Shown: in pieces, positions 8,942-20,401 of the stretch | Position numbering within the stretch: position 1 is the first letter of the stretch | Layout of the letters: the number at the start of each line of letters is the position of its first letter | Source: Saprolegnia diclina VS20 | Lineage: Eukaryota | Direction of reading: 5' to 3' | Assembly (NCBI RefSeq): GCF_000281045.1 | Contig: NW_008246073.1 | Span: 586,323 to 613,719 of the forward strand | Length of the DNA stretch: 27,397 nucleotides | Made by a program: the position numbers and the translations under genes | The notes under the pieces: model-generated | What the model was told of the DNA's origin: nothing | Database searches by the model: none | What the model saw: only the letters and a program-made list of their open reading frames with translations

Positions 8942-11186
8942 TTACAAGAGAAGCAGACGTTGTACGACGTCGCGCGCCGTGGGGCGGGCCGACGGTTCTC
9001 GTCGGAGACAGTCGGCCACAATGGCGCAGTAGCCCTCCGGTGTCATCTCGGCCATCATTGCATGCGGCACAAGGGGTGAGGCGCCATAGCTCTCGGCCAC
9101 CATCACGTCGGTGTTCACAGCGCCGAGCTCGTGGACCCGCTCCGCGTACGGCGCTAGTCGTGTCGCGAGCTCGCCGAGGAACACACCGAGCGTGTAGACC
9201 TGCATCGGTCCGCGGGTCGAGGGTTGGCTCAAAAGCGCTTCTGGGGCAACATACGCCAGCGTCGCGCTGCCATAGCGCACCAAGCTGGGACCGCCCTCGT
9301 CGTCGAACCAGCGCACAATGTTCCACTTGCAGTCGTAGTCTTGCTGCACGAGAATGTCGCGGCTCGTCCACTGCGTCGTGTCTTCCGTGTGTTCCTGCAA
9401 ATACGCGAGGCCGTCTGCGAGCCCCGTCGCCATTTGGAGCTTGAGCGCCCAGCTCAAATCGACTTGGTCGTTGGCCAGAAGACTCGGGAGGGACCCTTTC
9501 TCGGCGCCCTCAAAGACACCGGCGATCGCGATACCCGAGAGCTGGACACCACCGAGGAGGGCGACGACGTTCCGGTGGCTCAGCAGCGACGCTCGCTCGA
9601 GCTGTCTCAAGAACATGTCGAGGTGCGTATCGTACTGGACTGCGAGCACGTCCAACTTCTTGAGCATCACGGGCTCACTCTTGTAGATAGCGCTGAGAAT
9701 GCCCGTCGCGGCGTTCGTCTTGATGCGCGAGAACTCACTGGCGTCGAGGAGCCGGTACGATGCCAGCGCCGGGAACGGACCGACGTTGGGGACAAACTGC
9801 GGCGACGCGCGGGCGGGCGCAGAGAACGGGGACATGGCGCGGTCCCCGCCAGACGCAAGGAAGCTCGCAGCAAGCGAGCTTTGCTGTTGCGTGAGGAACG
9901 ACGACATTTTTCGGTGCCGGAAGACGAGGACGAAGACGACGCCCGCGACGATGCAGCAGCCGGCAACGATGAGCAGGACCGTCGACCAGGACAGGGCATT
10001 ACCGGCGCTGGACGGGGTCTTGCTGCTCGACGTCGGGTCGATCATGGAGGGCGAAATATTGCTGGTGGCAGCCGTCGGCGCCGGCGTAGCGATCGTGGCC
10101 GCGTCCACAAGAAGCTGCCCCGATTTGAGAAGTGACGCATACGTGGCGAGCTCGGTGGGCGTGGCGTTGGTGGGGACGCCAAGACTTGGGTTGCCTTGTA
10201 AGTCGCTAATGGTGCATAATGGCATCGTCAGGCGTGCATGCAATCGCTTGGCGCGTGTACATGGAGACGTTGGCGTGCGTTAGATGAAGCACTTGCGTCG
10301 GAAAGGTCGTCAAGGCATTCCCACGCAAGTTTCTAATAGGAACTTTGAGTCTGCGGCAACTTGAGCGGTTGCGTACAGTGTGGAAAGGGTGGCCAGCGCA
10401 GCTGGCGCGAGGGATGGGCAGCTGCTGAGAGAGCTGTTGGTGATGGCTCTGTCCAGAAGAAGGTGCAATGAGTCGGCAGCATATCGTGAAGCTAGAGGCG
10501 CGTACAGCGTCGTGAGCTGCTCAAACGCTTGCAGATTCAAAGTCGTATTGGGCAGCGTGCTGTCGCCAATCGTGCTAGACACGCAAGGTACATAAGCGCT
10601 CGCATCCGTCATACATCGTTTTGTACATGGACGCCACAGAGCTCGTCGGCGGCGTAGAGGCTTGGAGCACGACACGTTGCAGGACTCTACGGGACGCGTT
10701 AGGTCTGGCATGCATGGTTCCTGAAGGCGCACAGAGAGGTTAGCCGAGCAAGGCCCTGGAAGCTTGCGAGGCTAACGTTGGTCGTCGTACTGGCGTTGCC
10801 GACGATCGCTCTACGCGACAGTAGGGTGTCGTGAGCTCGTGGGCGGAACGCGGCTCGTACAGGTGGCGGCACCCCGTGGATGTGTTCGTCACAGGATCTC
10901 GCAGCGCAGCAACAAGGTTGACGTTAGCACGTAGCGTGAACGCATCGGTCGTGTTGTTGAGATCGTACGAGACACTGTCCTCGGCCTGTACCTGCAGCGT
11001 GACCGAGTCGTGTGGCGGGAAGCACTCGTACGGCGAGACCGGGCAGGCGATGCACCACTGGTTCACGGACTCGGCGATGTCTTGCTGGAAGGCTGCATTG
11101 AGACCGCAGCCCATTCGGGGCAGGATCGCGGCCATGACGCCTGGTGCTAGAAGCAGCAGCGCTGCGGAGCAGACCCGTCGTAGCAT
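8942..11186 (-). CDS. LRR receptor-like kinase 1 (TKL type), predicted pseudokinase; multi-exon
   Basis: Signal peptide MLRRVCSAALLLLAPGVMA; Cys-rich cap; short LRR exons (e.g. NLRGNALTTFPTQVL, DLQGNP); Ser/Thr stalk; TM WSTVLLIVAGCCIVAGVVFVLVF followed by RHRK; kinase fold with HRNVVALLG, YVAPE, VYTLGVFLGEL, RPTA. HRD and DFG are absent. Confidence 0.85.
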
Positions 11187-11221
11187 CCGGGAGGTCGCAC
11201 AATGGGTGCGCTGGGCTGGCC

Positions 11222-11410
11222 TTTTGACTTCAACTTTGTATGAATCCAGTTTCTTCCGATCATTTTTTTCGCATGCAGGATATCCGATACAAAACCCAAG
11301 TGTATCGACAGCCTTCTCGAATTGTATTATATCCCGTTTCTGTGCTCCAGGTAGGTTTTTGCCGAAATGAACATCAGAATTCGGCATTTCTCGAAAACCA
11401 GATCCAACGA
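11222..11410 (-). mobile_element. Probable degenerate non-LTR retrotransposon reverse-transcriptase fragment
   Basis: Locally AT-richer patch. Minus frames give LVFEKCRILMF and FGKNLP...IIQFEKAVDTLGFCIG...KKLDSYK, resembling RT domains 6-7 (GLxxNxxKCxxL ... VKYLGxxIG). Confidence 0.35.
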
Positions 11411-12259
11411 GCATGCGGCACGATGGAAGCTGGCGGCTCCAAGGACGAAGAGCACGATGGGCGCGATGGACCGAGATGGCCTGACGCCGGGGTGAAAAGG
11501 CTCCAGGAAGATGCGACATGGAGCTACAGGATGCATCCGTGGCGATGCGACGACGGCGTCACAGCCCGGCTCGGCTACCACTGCACATGACGACGAAGCG
11601 CTTTGATGATGCGGTTCCTGGACAGCCGGCGCGGTACTTTGCAACGGGTGTGCCCATGGACGGTGACAGCCATGCATCGATGCACGATGTCGTGGGATGG
11701 GTGCAACGTCGCTCGTCACCACTTGCACTCGTTTCTCGTTGCTCGTCTCGCCAGGTGTGTCGCCTTCGTTCTCAGCTTCGCTCTGCGAACGACTGGCGGC
11801 CGCACGCGTCTCTTCCTCGGTCGACCAGGTCTCGCATGATGACTAGAGCTACCGTGTGCTGATGTCACGGGAAGTAGCTGCGTCCACGGCGGGCGTGGGA
11901 CGTCCTCGTCATCCTGGATGAGTTGTGGACCCGAGCCCGGGCGCTTCTGAACTTGGCAATCTCTTTCTCAAAGCAGAGACGCAGGGCTGCGGAAAAGAAG
12001 AACCGGCAATTGCTTGTTGCCTCGGGGCCCTGCCCACGCTGCCGCCATGCGTCCAGCATAGCTCTGGCACACTAGATTGTGCAGTGCTGACGATTGTGCT
12101 TGGGGCCATTATGAATTGCCGGGCAGATTCTATTTGTCTCCTCCCAGGCGTGGTACTCGAGATCCCGCCGCCGCTTCAAGCCAGTTGCCTCGTAGAACCT
12201 TTGTTACTCTTTGCACTTGGTTCCTCTGGCTTGGAAGAGGGACGACGTATCGTACAGGA

Positions 12260-12490
12260 CAAGCTTCTCTCGTGCGAAAGGACACGAGGCTTGGCCTGGG
12301 GAAAGCAGCGGGGGATGATTAACACCGGCCGGTTGGTCCATTCCTGCACTGACCACCCGCCCTCAACCAGAACACCCATGGAGCACGTGATTTGATAGCC
12401 GTCCTTGACGTGATTTGATAGCCGTCCTTGACGATTCCAGTCCTCGAAGAAGAATGCGCCCATGCGGTCTCGTTCAAGACTGGCCGCCCA
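12260..12490 (-). mobile_element. Possible decayed retroelement RT N-terminus (DIRS/LTR-like) with an internal 23-bp duplication
   Basis: Minus strand AW...IVKDGYQI then MGVLVE...EWTNRPVLIIP...KPRVL resembles RT motifs 1-2 (GVI..S.W.SPVxxVPK..KxRLV). The frame is broken by the duplication and by stops. Confidence 0.3.
12385..12433 (+). repeat. Perfect 23-bp tandem duplication ACGTGATTTGATAGCCGTCCTTG x2 (+ACG)
   Basis: Directly visible: 12385-12407 equals 12408-12430. Confidence 0.95.
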
Positions 12491-12806
12491 CGAGATACAT
12501 GTGAAGGGCTTGGAACGCCCGGCTGCAAGACAGACCCGCACGAAGTGTTGTTCGTCATCGCCAAGTGCCCAACGATCGCCTCCACCAGTGCGCTCAAACG
12601 TACCAGATTCGCTCACTAACTTGATACTGTGGCTTGATAGACACCCTGCGTTTCGATTGGCACTTGCATCGGCCCGACGTGGCGTCGACAGCGTTGCAGA
12701 GACGGCAAGGCATTTTAATACAATAAGCTCAATTCAGCATACAAATGACAAGTACAATAAAATGAATCGGTGTGGCGGCCCAAGTCACAGATTTTCCAAC
12801 AAAATA

Positions 12807-15238
12807 ATGGCCCGGCGCGAGAAGACGGCGAAAGCCTCGACCGACGCGCCCAAGGTGACGTGGGCACCCATGGCCTTCCGCACGAGCACGTCGACGACGC
12901 CGGGCGACCGCGTCTTTGCCGGCGCGCTCCTCGGCGCCATCTGCGTACTTGCGGTCGCGATCCGCCTCTTCTCGGTCGTCAAGTGGGGCCGCGTCATCCA
13001 CGAGTATGACCCGCAGTTCAACTTTCGCACGTCCAAGTTCCTCGCGACTAACTCATTCAGCGAGTTCCTCAACTGGTTTGATGACCGTGCCTGGTATCCG
13101 CTCGGGCGCGTCGTCGGCGGCACCTTGTACCCGGGCTTGATGCTCATCTCGGCGTCGGTCTACCGCGCAATGCACTTTGTCGGTTTTCCAATCTCGATCT
13201 TGGACGTGTGCGTCTACTTTGCGCCCTTCTTTGCGGCAGCTACGGCGGTCGCCACGTATGGCCTCGCGACGCACATCACCAAGGAGCCACGCACCGGCCT
13301 CCTCGCCGCCTTCTTCATTAGCATTGCGCCCGCGTACATCTCTCGCTCGGTTGGCGGCTCGTACGACAACGAAGGCGTCGCCATCTTCCTCCTCGTGCTC
13401 GTCTTCTACCTCTGGGTCAAGTCGGTCGATTCGGGCTCGATGGTCGACGCTGCGCTCACGGCCGTCGCGTACTTTGCCATGGTGCTCTCGTGGGGCGGCT
13501 ACGTCTTTCTCATCAACGTCATCCCGATCCACGTGCTCGTGCTCGTCTTCGCTGGCCGCTATACGCCCAACCTGTACATCGCGTACTGCACCTTTTACGT
13601 CCTCGCGACGATCCTGGCGATGCAAGTCCCGTTCGTCGGCTTCAACGTCATTCAAAAGGCCGAGTGCATTGGGTCGCACGGCGTCTTTGGCGGTCTCCAA
13701 GTGTTTGCCTTTGGCAAGTACCTCCAGTCGCACCTCTCGTCGTCGCTCTCGGCCACGCAGGTGCGCCAGCTCATCACGACCGCAGGCGCGGGTCTGGTCG
13801 GGCTCTTGGCGCTCGTCGCGCTTCTCTTGCAACTCACGGGCAAGCTGCAGTGGACGGGCCGGTCGCTCACGCTTCTCGACCCGACGTACGCGTCCAAGTA
13901 CATCCCGATCATCGCGTCTGTTTCCGAGCATCAGCCGACGTCCTGGGCTGCGTTCTACATGAGCTTTGGCCCGGTCCTGCTCGTGATGCCGCTCGGCCTC
14001 TACTACACCTTTGCGTCCAAGCGCGACGAATTGACGCCCGCGGCGCTCTTCCTCATCGTCTACAGCACACTCTCGTGGTACTTTGCGGGTATTATGAACC
14101 GCCTCGTGCTCACCTTGGCGCCCGCTGCGTGCGTCGTCGCTGCGATCGGCGTCTCGGGGCTCCTCGACCGCGTCTTCTTTGTCATGAAGCGCGACGAGCA
14201 TGAGAGCGTCATGGACGCGAGCGGCTTCTTCAACGAAGACGACGACATCAAGGCCGACAAGCTCCAAAAGATCAGAGACGCCCAGCGCTTGCATCCCAAC
14301 GCGATGCCGGAAGGCGACGATGCGGTCGCCGACCTCTTCTCGTTCACATATTCGGCAGTGTACCTCGAGCCGCAGACCCTTCCCGAGCGCAAGTCGCCCG
14401 GCATGATCATGGCGTTTGTCGGCGCCGCGACGGTAGAAATTCTGCATATATTCGGTTTTGCGACTCAATTGTTTGTGTATGTAGATGCTGCTCATGTGGC
14501 AGCTCTTCCACTGCTCGAGCATTTCGAGCAAGGCGTACTCGAGCACGTCGCTCGTCCACGAGCAAGTGAACCGCACGACGTGGGAGTTTACGGTCCACGA
14601 CGACTTTCGCGAGGCGTTTGCGTGGCTCCGGCACAACACGCCGGAAGATGCGCGCGTGCTCTCGTGGTGGGATTATGGCTACCAGATCTCGAGCCTCGCG
14701 AACCGGACGGTGCTCGTCGACAACAACACGTGGAACAACACACACATTGCGACCGTCGGCCGCGTCTTTGGTTCGACGGAGGAGGAAGCGATGCCCATTT
14801 TGCAGTCGCTCGACGTCGACTACGTGCTCTTGCTCTTTGGCGGCGTGAGCGCTTTTGACGTACGAAGACATACACATTGTATCGAGTCTTGACGACGCAT
14901 CTTTGTAGGGCGACGACCTCGACAAGTTTCCGTGGTTCCTCCGCATCGCTCAAGGCGTCTTCCCGGAATCGGTCGACATTGGCCGGTTCGAAGTCAACGG
15001 CGGCGTCCAAGTAACCCCCGGCGCGACCGAAGCCATGGAGCAGTGCGTGCTCTATAAGTTGAGCTATTACCGCTTCGAGGGCGTGACGCCCGAGTACAAG
15101 CAGCCGCCGGGGTACGACACGAATCGCAACGCGCGTGTCCGGTCGACGCCCATCGACCTCACGCACTTTGACGAAGTCTTTACGTCCAACGGCTGGATCG
15201 TGCGCATCTTTCAAGTCAAGAAGCACCTCCTGCAGTAG
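12807..15238 (+). CDS. STT3: Oligosaccharyltransferase catalytic subunit STT3; exons 12807-14432, 14485-14859, 14909-15238
   Basis: IHEYDPQFNFR, WYPLGRVVGGTLYPG, SRSVGGSYDNE, SVSEHQP, WWDYGYQI, DNNTWNNTHI and DK motif GDDLDKF; multiple TM helices. GT-AG introns at 14433-14484 and 14860-14908. Confidence 0.97.
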
Positions 15239-15381
15239 ACGTGTAATCGCTAATCGCACTTGGTCGTTGCCGTGGGGTAGGGTTACGACCTCGGAGAACG
15301 CATAGATTCGCATCGGGTATCGGAGGTTTCGAAATTCGACGCCTTTCCGCAGTCGCGATCTTCCACAATCCAAGAGGCGTG

Positions 15382-17062
15382 ATGCAGCGCGTGCTCCAAC
15401 TCCTGGCCGTAGCCTCCTCGGTGCTTAGCGGCGCCATGCACATGCCGGACGCGGCCAAGATCGTCAACCACGGGCTCATCATCAACACCGCGAAAGGACC
15501 CGCATCGGTGATCGTCGAACCCGTCGACCACTTTGGCGACGACGACGTCGTGCACTCGATTCGCCACCTCCATGTACGCTCGGCTCGGCGAATACCTCGT
15601 AAGGCGCTTGTGTAGAACATTCGGCCCGAAGGGCATACGTCTGGACGCGGTCCAGCGTACGTGGCAGCCCGAAACATCTCGGAAGGCGATTCGATCGTGA
15701 GCCTGCCACTCGCCAGCATCATGTCTTCCAAAACAGCGGCAGAGGGCCGGATTCAGGCGCTGCTTCTTGCCAACCCGGACTTGCCGAACGCAGTGGTGCT
15801 TGCGCTCCACGTGCTCGAAGAGAAGTTCAAAGGCGCCGACTCCAAGTGGTTTTCGTTTCTGCGGTCGCTGCCAAAGACGCTCCGCGGCACCATCTACCTG
15901 CCCGACGTACGACTCTATGACTTACTCTGCGTGGACTCATTTGGAGCAGGACGAAATCGACCTCATCGAGGGCTCGCAGCTGCACCGGCTGACGCGGGCG
16001 CGGTTCGAAGCCATCTCGACCTTTTACGACGCTTTGCACGGTCCATTGACGTCGAATGCGATGGACCCGCCGCTCTTCCGCCAACTCGACTTCACGCTCG
16101 AATCGTTCAAGTGGGCGCTCTCGATTGTGTGGTACATCTCTACTTGTTGTGTCGCGGTCTCGAGCGCAGTAGGGCACATGCGATCCTGGTGCCAACAACG
16201 TCGCAGGCCAATCCCGCCGACGTCGAGGCGTTTCTCGTGCCGATGGTCAGCACGATGGGCCACAGCGCGACCGCGCGCAACCACTTTGACGTCAACTACG
16301 AGACGCAAACGTTCACGATGGTGGCGACGCAGCGCTATGGCGTCGGAGACCCCGTGCGAAACACGCAGCATCGCCACTGATCGACTCATTGGCCGCTTGT
16401 ACTAGGTCGTCATCAACCTCGGCGACAACTCGATGACGCTGTACATGCTCAACTATGGTTTTTGCGGCGACCCGTCGCATCTCGATACGCTGCCGTTGGC
16501 GATTCAAGTCGAGGCGAGCGACCCGCTCCTCAAGTTCAAGACGTCGATCCTCGAGATGATCAACTCGACCATGGAGGCTCCGTACGAGCTTGGCCTCGAC
16601 GCGCCGTTGCCCGCGAGCATGCTGCAGTCGATGCGCATCAAGGTGCGTTCCGTCATCTTGCTTTGTACTGGAAAACGCCTAGGTCATGACGAGCGCCGAG
16701 ATTGGCGCGTACGACGCCGCGATCGGCATGGAGCGCATCGGGTGCGTGGATCTACGCCTTGAAGACCTCATCACCACCCTAGGCTGCGCAACGAGTATGC
16801 CCTTTCCCGAGCTCTCCTCCGGACAACCGGCGCGATGCTCGATGCGTACGCGTACCCGCTCGACGAGGTACGCTACTCCTCCGTCGAGGGTCACATTGGC
16901 AGCGCTACTTAGATGCGCCGTGTGCTGCGGACGCTGGAGGGTCGCAGCCGGGACCTCGCGCGGACGGTCATCCACGAACAAGAGATTTTGTCGGCGACCA
17001 TGGCGGCGGTCCGCGAGCATTGGCACGGCCTCCTCCTCGACGCTGCGTTCGTGCCCACGTAG
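15382..17062 (+). CDS. SETD3/Rubisco-LSMT-family SET-domain protein with predicted signal peptide and degenerate active-site motifs; 8 exons
   Basis: Introns 15574-15615, 15907-15949, 16132-16172, 16354-16405, 16643-16682, 16742-16782 and 16868-16912 give one open frame. It contains LALHVLEEKFKGADSKWFSFLRSLP, FTLESFKWALSIVW, LVPM, YMLNYGF and an LSMT substrate-binding-like C-terminus (SDPLLKFK...LRNE). Confidence 0.85.
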
Positions 17063-17125
17063 ATCGAGACAATAAGAAAAGAGGGGGCGTGTCGTATATA
17101 GGGCGCTAGAACGCAGGACGAGGAT

Positions 17126-18595
17126 TTATAATGTACGGTCCATCGAGGCTGCAGGCAGGTTCTCCTTCTCGACGCGCGACGTAAAGACAACGCCGTGCTC
17201 GCCGACGCGCGCCGACAGCGCCGCCTTCCAGTACATGCCCTTGGCGTGCTTGATCTGGAACGGAACTAGGAGCACCACGTGAGCATCCTTGGCGCCAAAT
17301 ACGGGATTGCGCACTGCTGTTGATGTCTTGAAACTTGGCTAATTTGCTCAGCTCCGCCTTGAGCATCGCGACATGGTCCTATGGACAAGGGTTTTGGCGA
17401 GCGCAAAGAACCATCGTACCGGGTGCACGAGCTCAAAGAAGCTGACGGTGTCGGCCATGAGCTTCTTCTCCGGGTACCCAAGCACGCGCGAGAAGGATGC
17501 TGTCGCGTAGAGCATTTTGCGGTCGTGGTCGGCCGTCACGAGCGCAATCAGATCTGGGTTCTGGTCCACGAGGTCCTTGTAGATCTGGAGCTGCTTGACT
17601 TCTTGCTTGAGCGTCTCGACAAACACCTTTTTACGGAGGCGTGACTTGCGCGAGTGATCACGGTTGCGCTCGCGGCTCTTGTCGGCCTTGGAGATGAGCG
17701 CGTCCTTCTCGTAGTCAAAGTCGGCTACAACATGCTCGTCAGTTCTGATGCCGCGAGAACGACCTCGCGACGTACAGGCGTTCCACGTGTTGCTGCCGTA
17801 CGAGTGCGACGTCACGTCCCCGCTCTGCATGTTGCTTTGAATCATCGACGAGAGCATCTCCGGCGACAGCGTCTGCGAGCCCACGAGGCCCGAGCTGAAC
17901 TGGACAGGCATCGGTTTTTCCGCCTTGATCGGGCCAGGCGCCTGTCCGTCCATCGTCACGAGGCCGGCAGCGCGGGCGTCGAGTGGCATCGCAACATTGT
18001 TCATGTTGTTGTTCCCGTTGTGACCTGGCGCAACATGCGGGTTCATCTGGAAGCCAGCGCCGACGCCAGCGGGAAGCGTCATGGACGTCAGGTTGTGGGC
18101 GTTGTTGCCGCCCATACCCGGTCCAGCCTGCATCTTCAAGAGCGACTCGAAGTACGCCGCGTTGTTCTGCGCGCGAGCGTCAAAAGTCGGCTTGGGTTGC
18201 ATCGCGGACCGCGGGCTCTCGAGCTTGACGCCCATCATGGCTGCGTACGCTTCGACCGAGTTGGCGTCCGCGGCCGGGTCGGGCATGTGCGTCGCCGGCT
18301 TCATGCCAAACTGGGACGCATATGCCTGGAAGAGCGTCGAGTTGTTGTTGTTGGCACCAACGTTGCCTTGCGGGTTGCCCGCGGCCATCATATCGACGTC
18401 GAGGTGCGCGGGTGACACTTGGCCTTGGCGCATCGCGGCGTGATGCATGCCAGGTCGCATGTGCATGCCGTGGCTCTGCGCGAGGCTCATGTTGGAGAGG
18501 TTCGTCAGGAACGGGTTGTACGAGTTGTCGAGCAGCCCGAGGTCATCACCGTCCATCATGTCGTCCATCTGCAGGAACGTGTTGCCGTTGTCCAT
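17126..18595 (-). CDS. bZIP-PAS transcription factor (aureochrome-like basic region, non-LOV PAS); introns ~17775-17725, ~17419-17380, ~17313-17267
   Basis: Met/Asn/Gln-rich N-terminus from ATG 18595; basic region SRERNRDHSRKSRLRKK (N-x7-R); short zipper; PAS fold (MLYATASFSRVLGY...FFELVHPD...FQIKHAKGMYW). INR-like TCATTTT lies at 18632-18626. Confidence 0.85.
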
Positions 18596-19195
18596 CGTCG
18601 CCACTTCTATCCCAGCGAATTTCAAAAAATGACCATCAGCACACCCGCGACTGCGTTTCAGTATACACGGTACATGGATTTGCGCCGGCTATCTGCCAGA
18701 AAAAGATCATGTGACAAAAAGGGGTGCCGACCCCTGCCCACGGGTGCCGTGCCACCCACTGCCGTCTGGCCTCCCAACACGGCAGTACACGACAAGGCCT
18801 CGACGACGCTATGGACAGCGCGCTTGATGAGCCGACAGCCGTCGCAGCTGGGCCCTTCGTGTCATCATTGTGGGCTTGCCACCGACTTCGGACCCGCTCT
18901 CTTCGGGCGAGTCCGGATACTGCGTCCGGAGCGCAAGTAGCAATCGAACGGGTTACAGCCCGCGTTGAAGCCGCCGACGTTGCCGCACGAGATGGAGGAA
19001 AGAGCTGGTGCCCGTTAGTACCAGTATCCTCACTGGTATGCAGCTACTGCCACGTACGAAATCCAGCAAACAACTGCTGGGGCGCTAGTGATAGACGCAG
19101 TTGCCCCTCCTTGCGAAATCCAACATACCACGTGCCATCTCCCCTCGTGCGTCTTCAAGCTTTTTAGTTCTTACTCCCTGGTCGGCAGCTGCGCC

Positions 19196-20160
19196 CTACG
19201 CACTGCGCTCCTTCAAGAGCCAGAGGAAGAAGGACGCGCTGTGCACATTCACAGAGCAGTTGACGCGGTCCAGGTCGTGGCCGCCTTCCACCAAGCCCCA
19301 GCGTTCAATCTAGCAGCATCGTGGACCGATCGTTGTTTGTCAAAGCGGATGGGCGACGCACCTGGAACTCTTCTTCGAGACGACCGAGCTCAATCGCTTC
19401 CTTGGCCGTGATGTGGCGCTTCGTGAGGGCCAGCGCCACGGTCATCGACTAGCTCTGGGTTTCAGCATTGCTACCATCATGCAAGTAGCGTACCTTGAGT
19501 TCACGCACGATGCAGCGGAAGGCCATGATTTCAAAGTTGTCCATCTAATACCAGCCCATACCGATAAGCGCACGGCGTCATCGGTTCGAGCGGGACAACC
19601 TGCTGGAGGTAGGCGCGGACGTTGGCAACAGCCGTCGGGTTGTGTTGAAGCACGGTGATCGTGCCGTGGTTCACATCGAGCTCGCCGTCAAACTCTTCCT
19701 CAAACCACTTGCGAAGAGTGCCCCACTTCTTCTCCTGGCGCGTCGCGAGCTTTTCTTGGTGCGTCTTCTCGACAGGGAAGCAGATCGTGTCGGTCTGGAG
19801 GTACTTCATGAGCTCGTCCACGATGATGTCGAGTTCCCAAAAGTCAAGCGACGTGGCCGCGAGCGACATCATCGGCATCGTCGACGGCTGGATCGACTCC
19901 TTCTGCGCATCCCATTCCATTGCCACGGCGGCCGCAAGCGACTTGGTCGGCAACTGCAGCAACGACCGCGCCGGCGTGCGCACCTTCTTGCCGTCCAGCG
20001 TGACGCAAAAACCGCCACCATCAGCTTCGTCCTGCGCCTGCACGCCAACCTCCTTGTAGAAGCGCGAGCGACCAGCAATCTTGGCACCAGAGCCGGCGCC
20101 ACCACGGGGCGCGAGGCGCACGCCCGTGCTCATGGCGCGGAGCGGAACAGCGCGATGCAT
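19196..20160 (-). CDS. ATP12: Mitochondrial F1-ATPase assembly chaperone ATP12/ATPAF2 (5' end abuts a gap); 4 visible exons
   Basis: RFYKEV, VTLDGKKVRTP, AVAMEWDAQ, MPMMSLA, YLQTDTICF, and spliced C-terminus RLEEEFQ|IERWGLVEGGHDLD. Arg-rich mitochondrial presequence-like N-terminus. TAG at 19198-19196. Confidence 0.93.
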
Positions 20161-20401
20161 NNNNNNNNNNNNNNNNNNNNNNNNNNNNNNNNNNNNNNNN
20201 NNNNNNNNNNNNNNNNNNNNNNNNNNNNNNNNNNNNNNNNNNNNNNNNNNNNNNNNNNNNNNNNNNNNNNNNNNNNNNNNNNNNNNNNNNNNNNNNNNNN
20301 NNNNNNNNNNNNNNNNNNNNNNNNNNNNNNNNNNNNNNNNNNNNNNNNNNNNNNNNNNNNNNNNNNNNNNNNNNNNNNNNNNNNNNNNNNNNNNNNNNNN
20401 N
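20161..20401. other. Assembly gap (241 N)
   Basis: Run of N; may hide the true ATP12 start. Confidence 1.

Noticed and set aside
12462..12806. 115-aa N-terminal extension of STT3 in the ORF track
   Set aside because: It runs through AT-rich promoter-like sequence without codon bias; ATG 12807 fits the normal STT3 start.
13053..14639. 528-aa antisense ORF, and similar ones opposite CYP51, the RLKs, ATP12 and tubulin
   Set aside because: Typical non-stop antisense frames of genes with high third-position GC; no recognisable motifs.
2098..17062. A functional ER or sterol gene cluster (CYP51, STT3, SET protein)
   Set aside because: No other sterol-pathway genes are present, and the neighbours are unrelated housekeeping genes; adjacency alone is not evidence.
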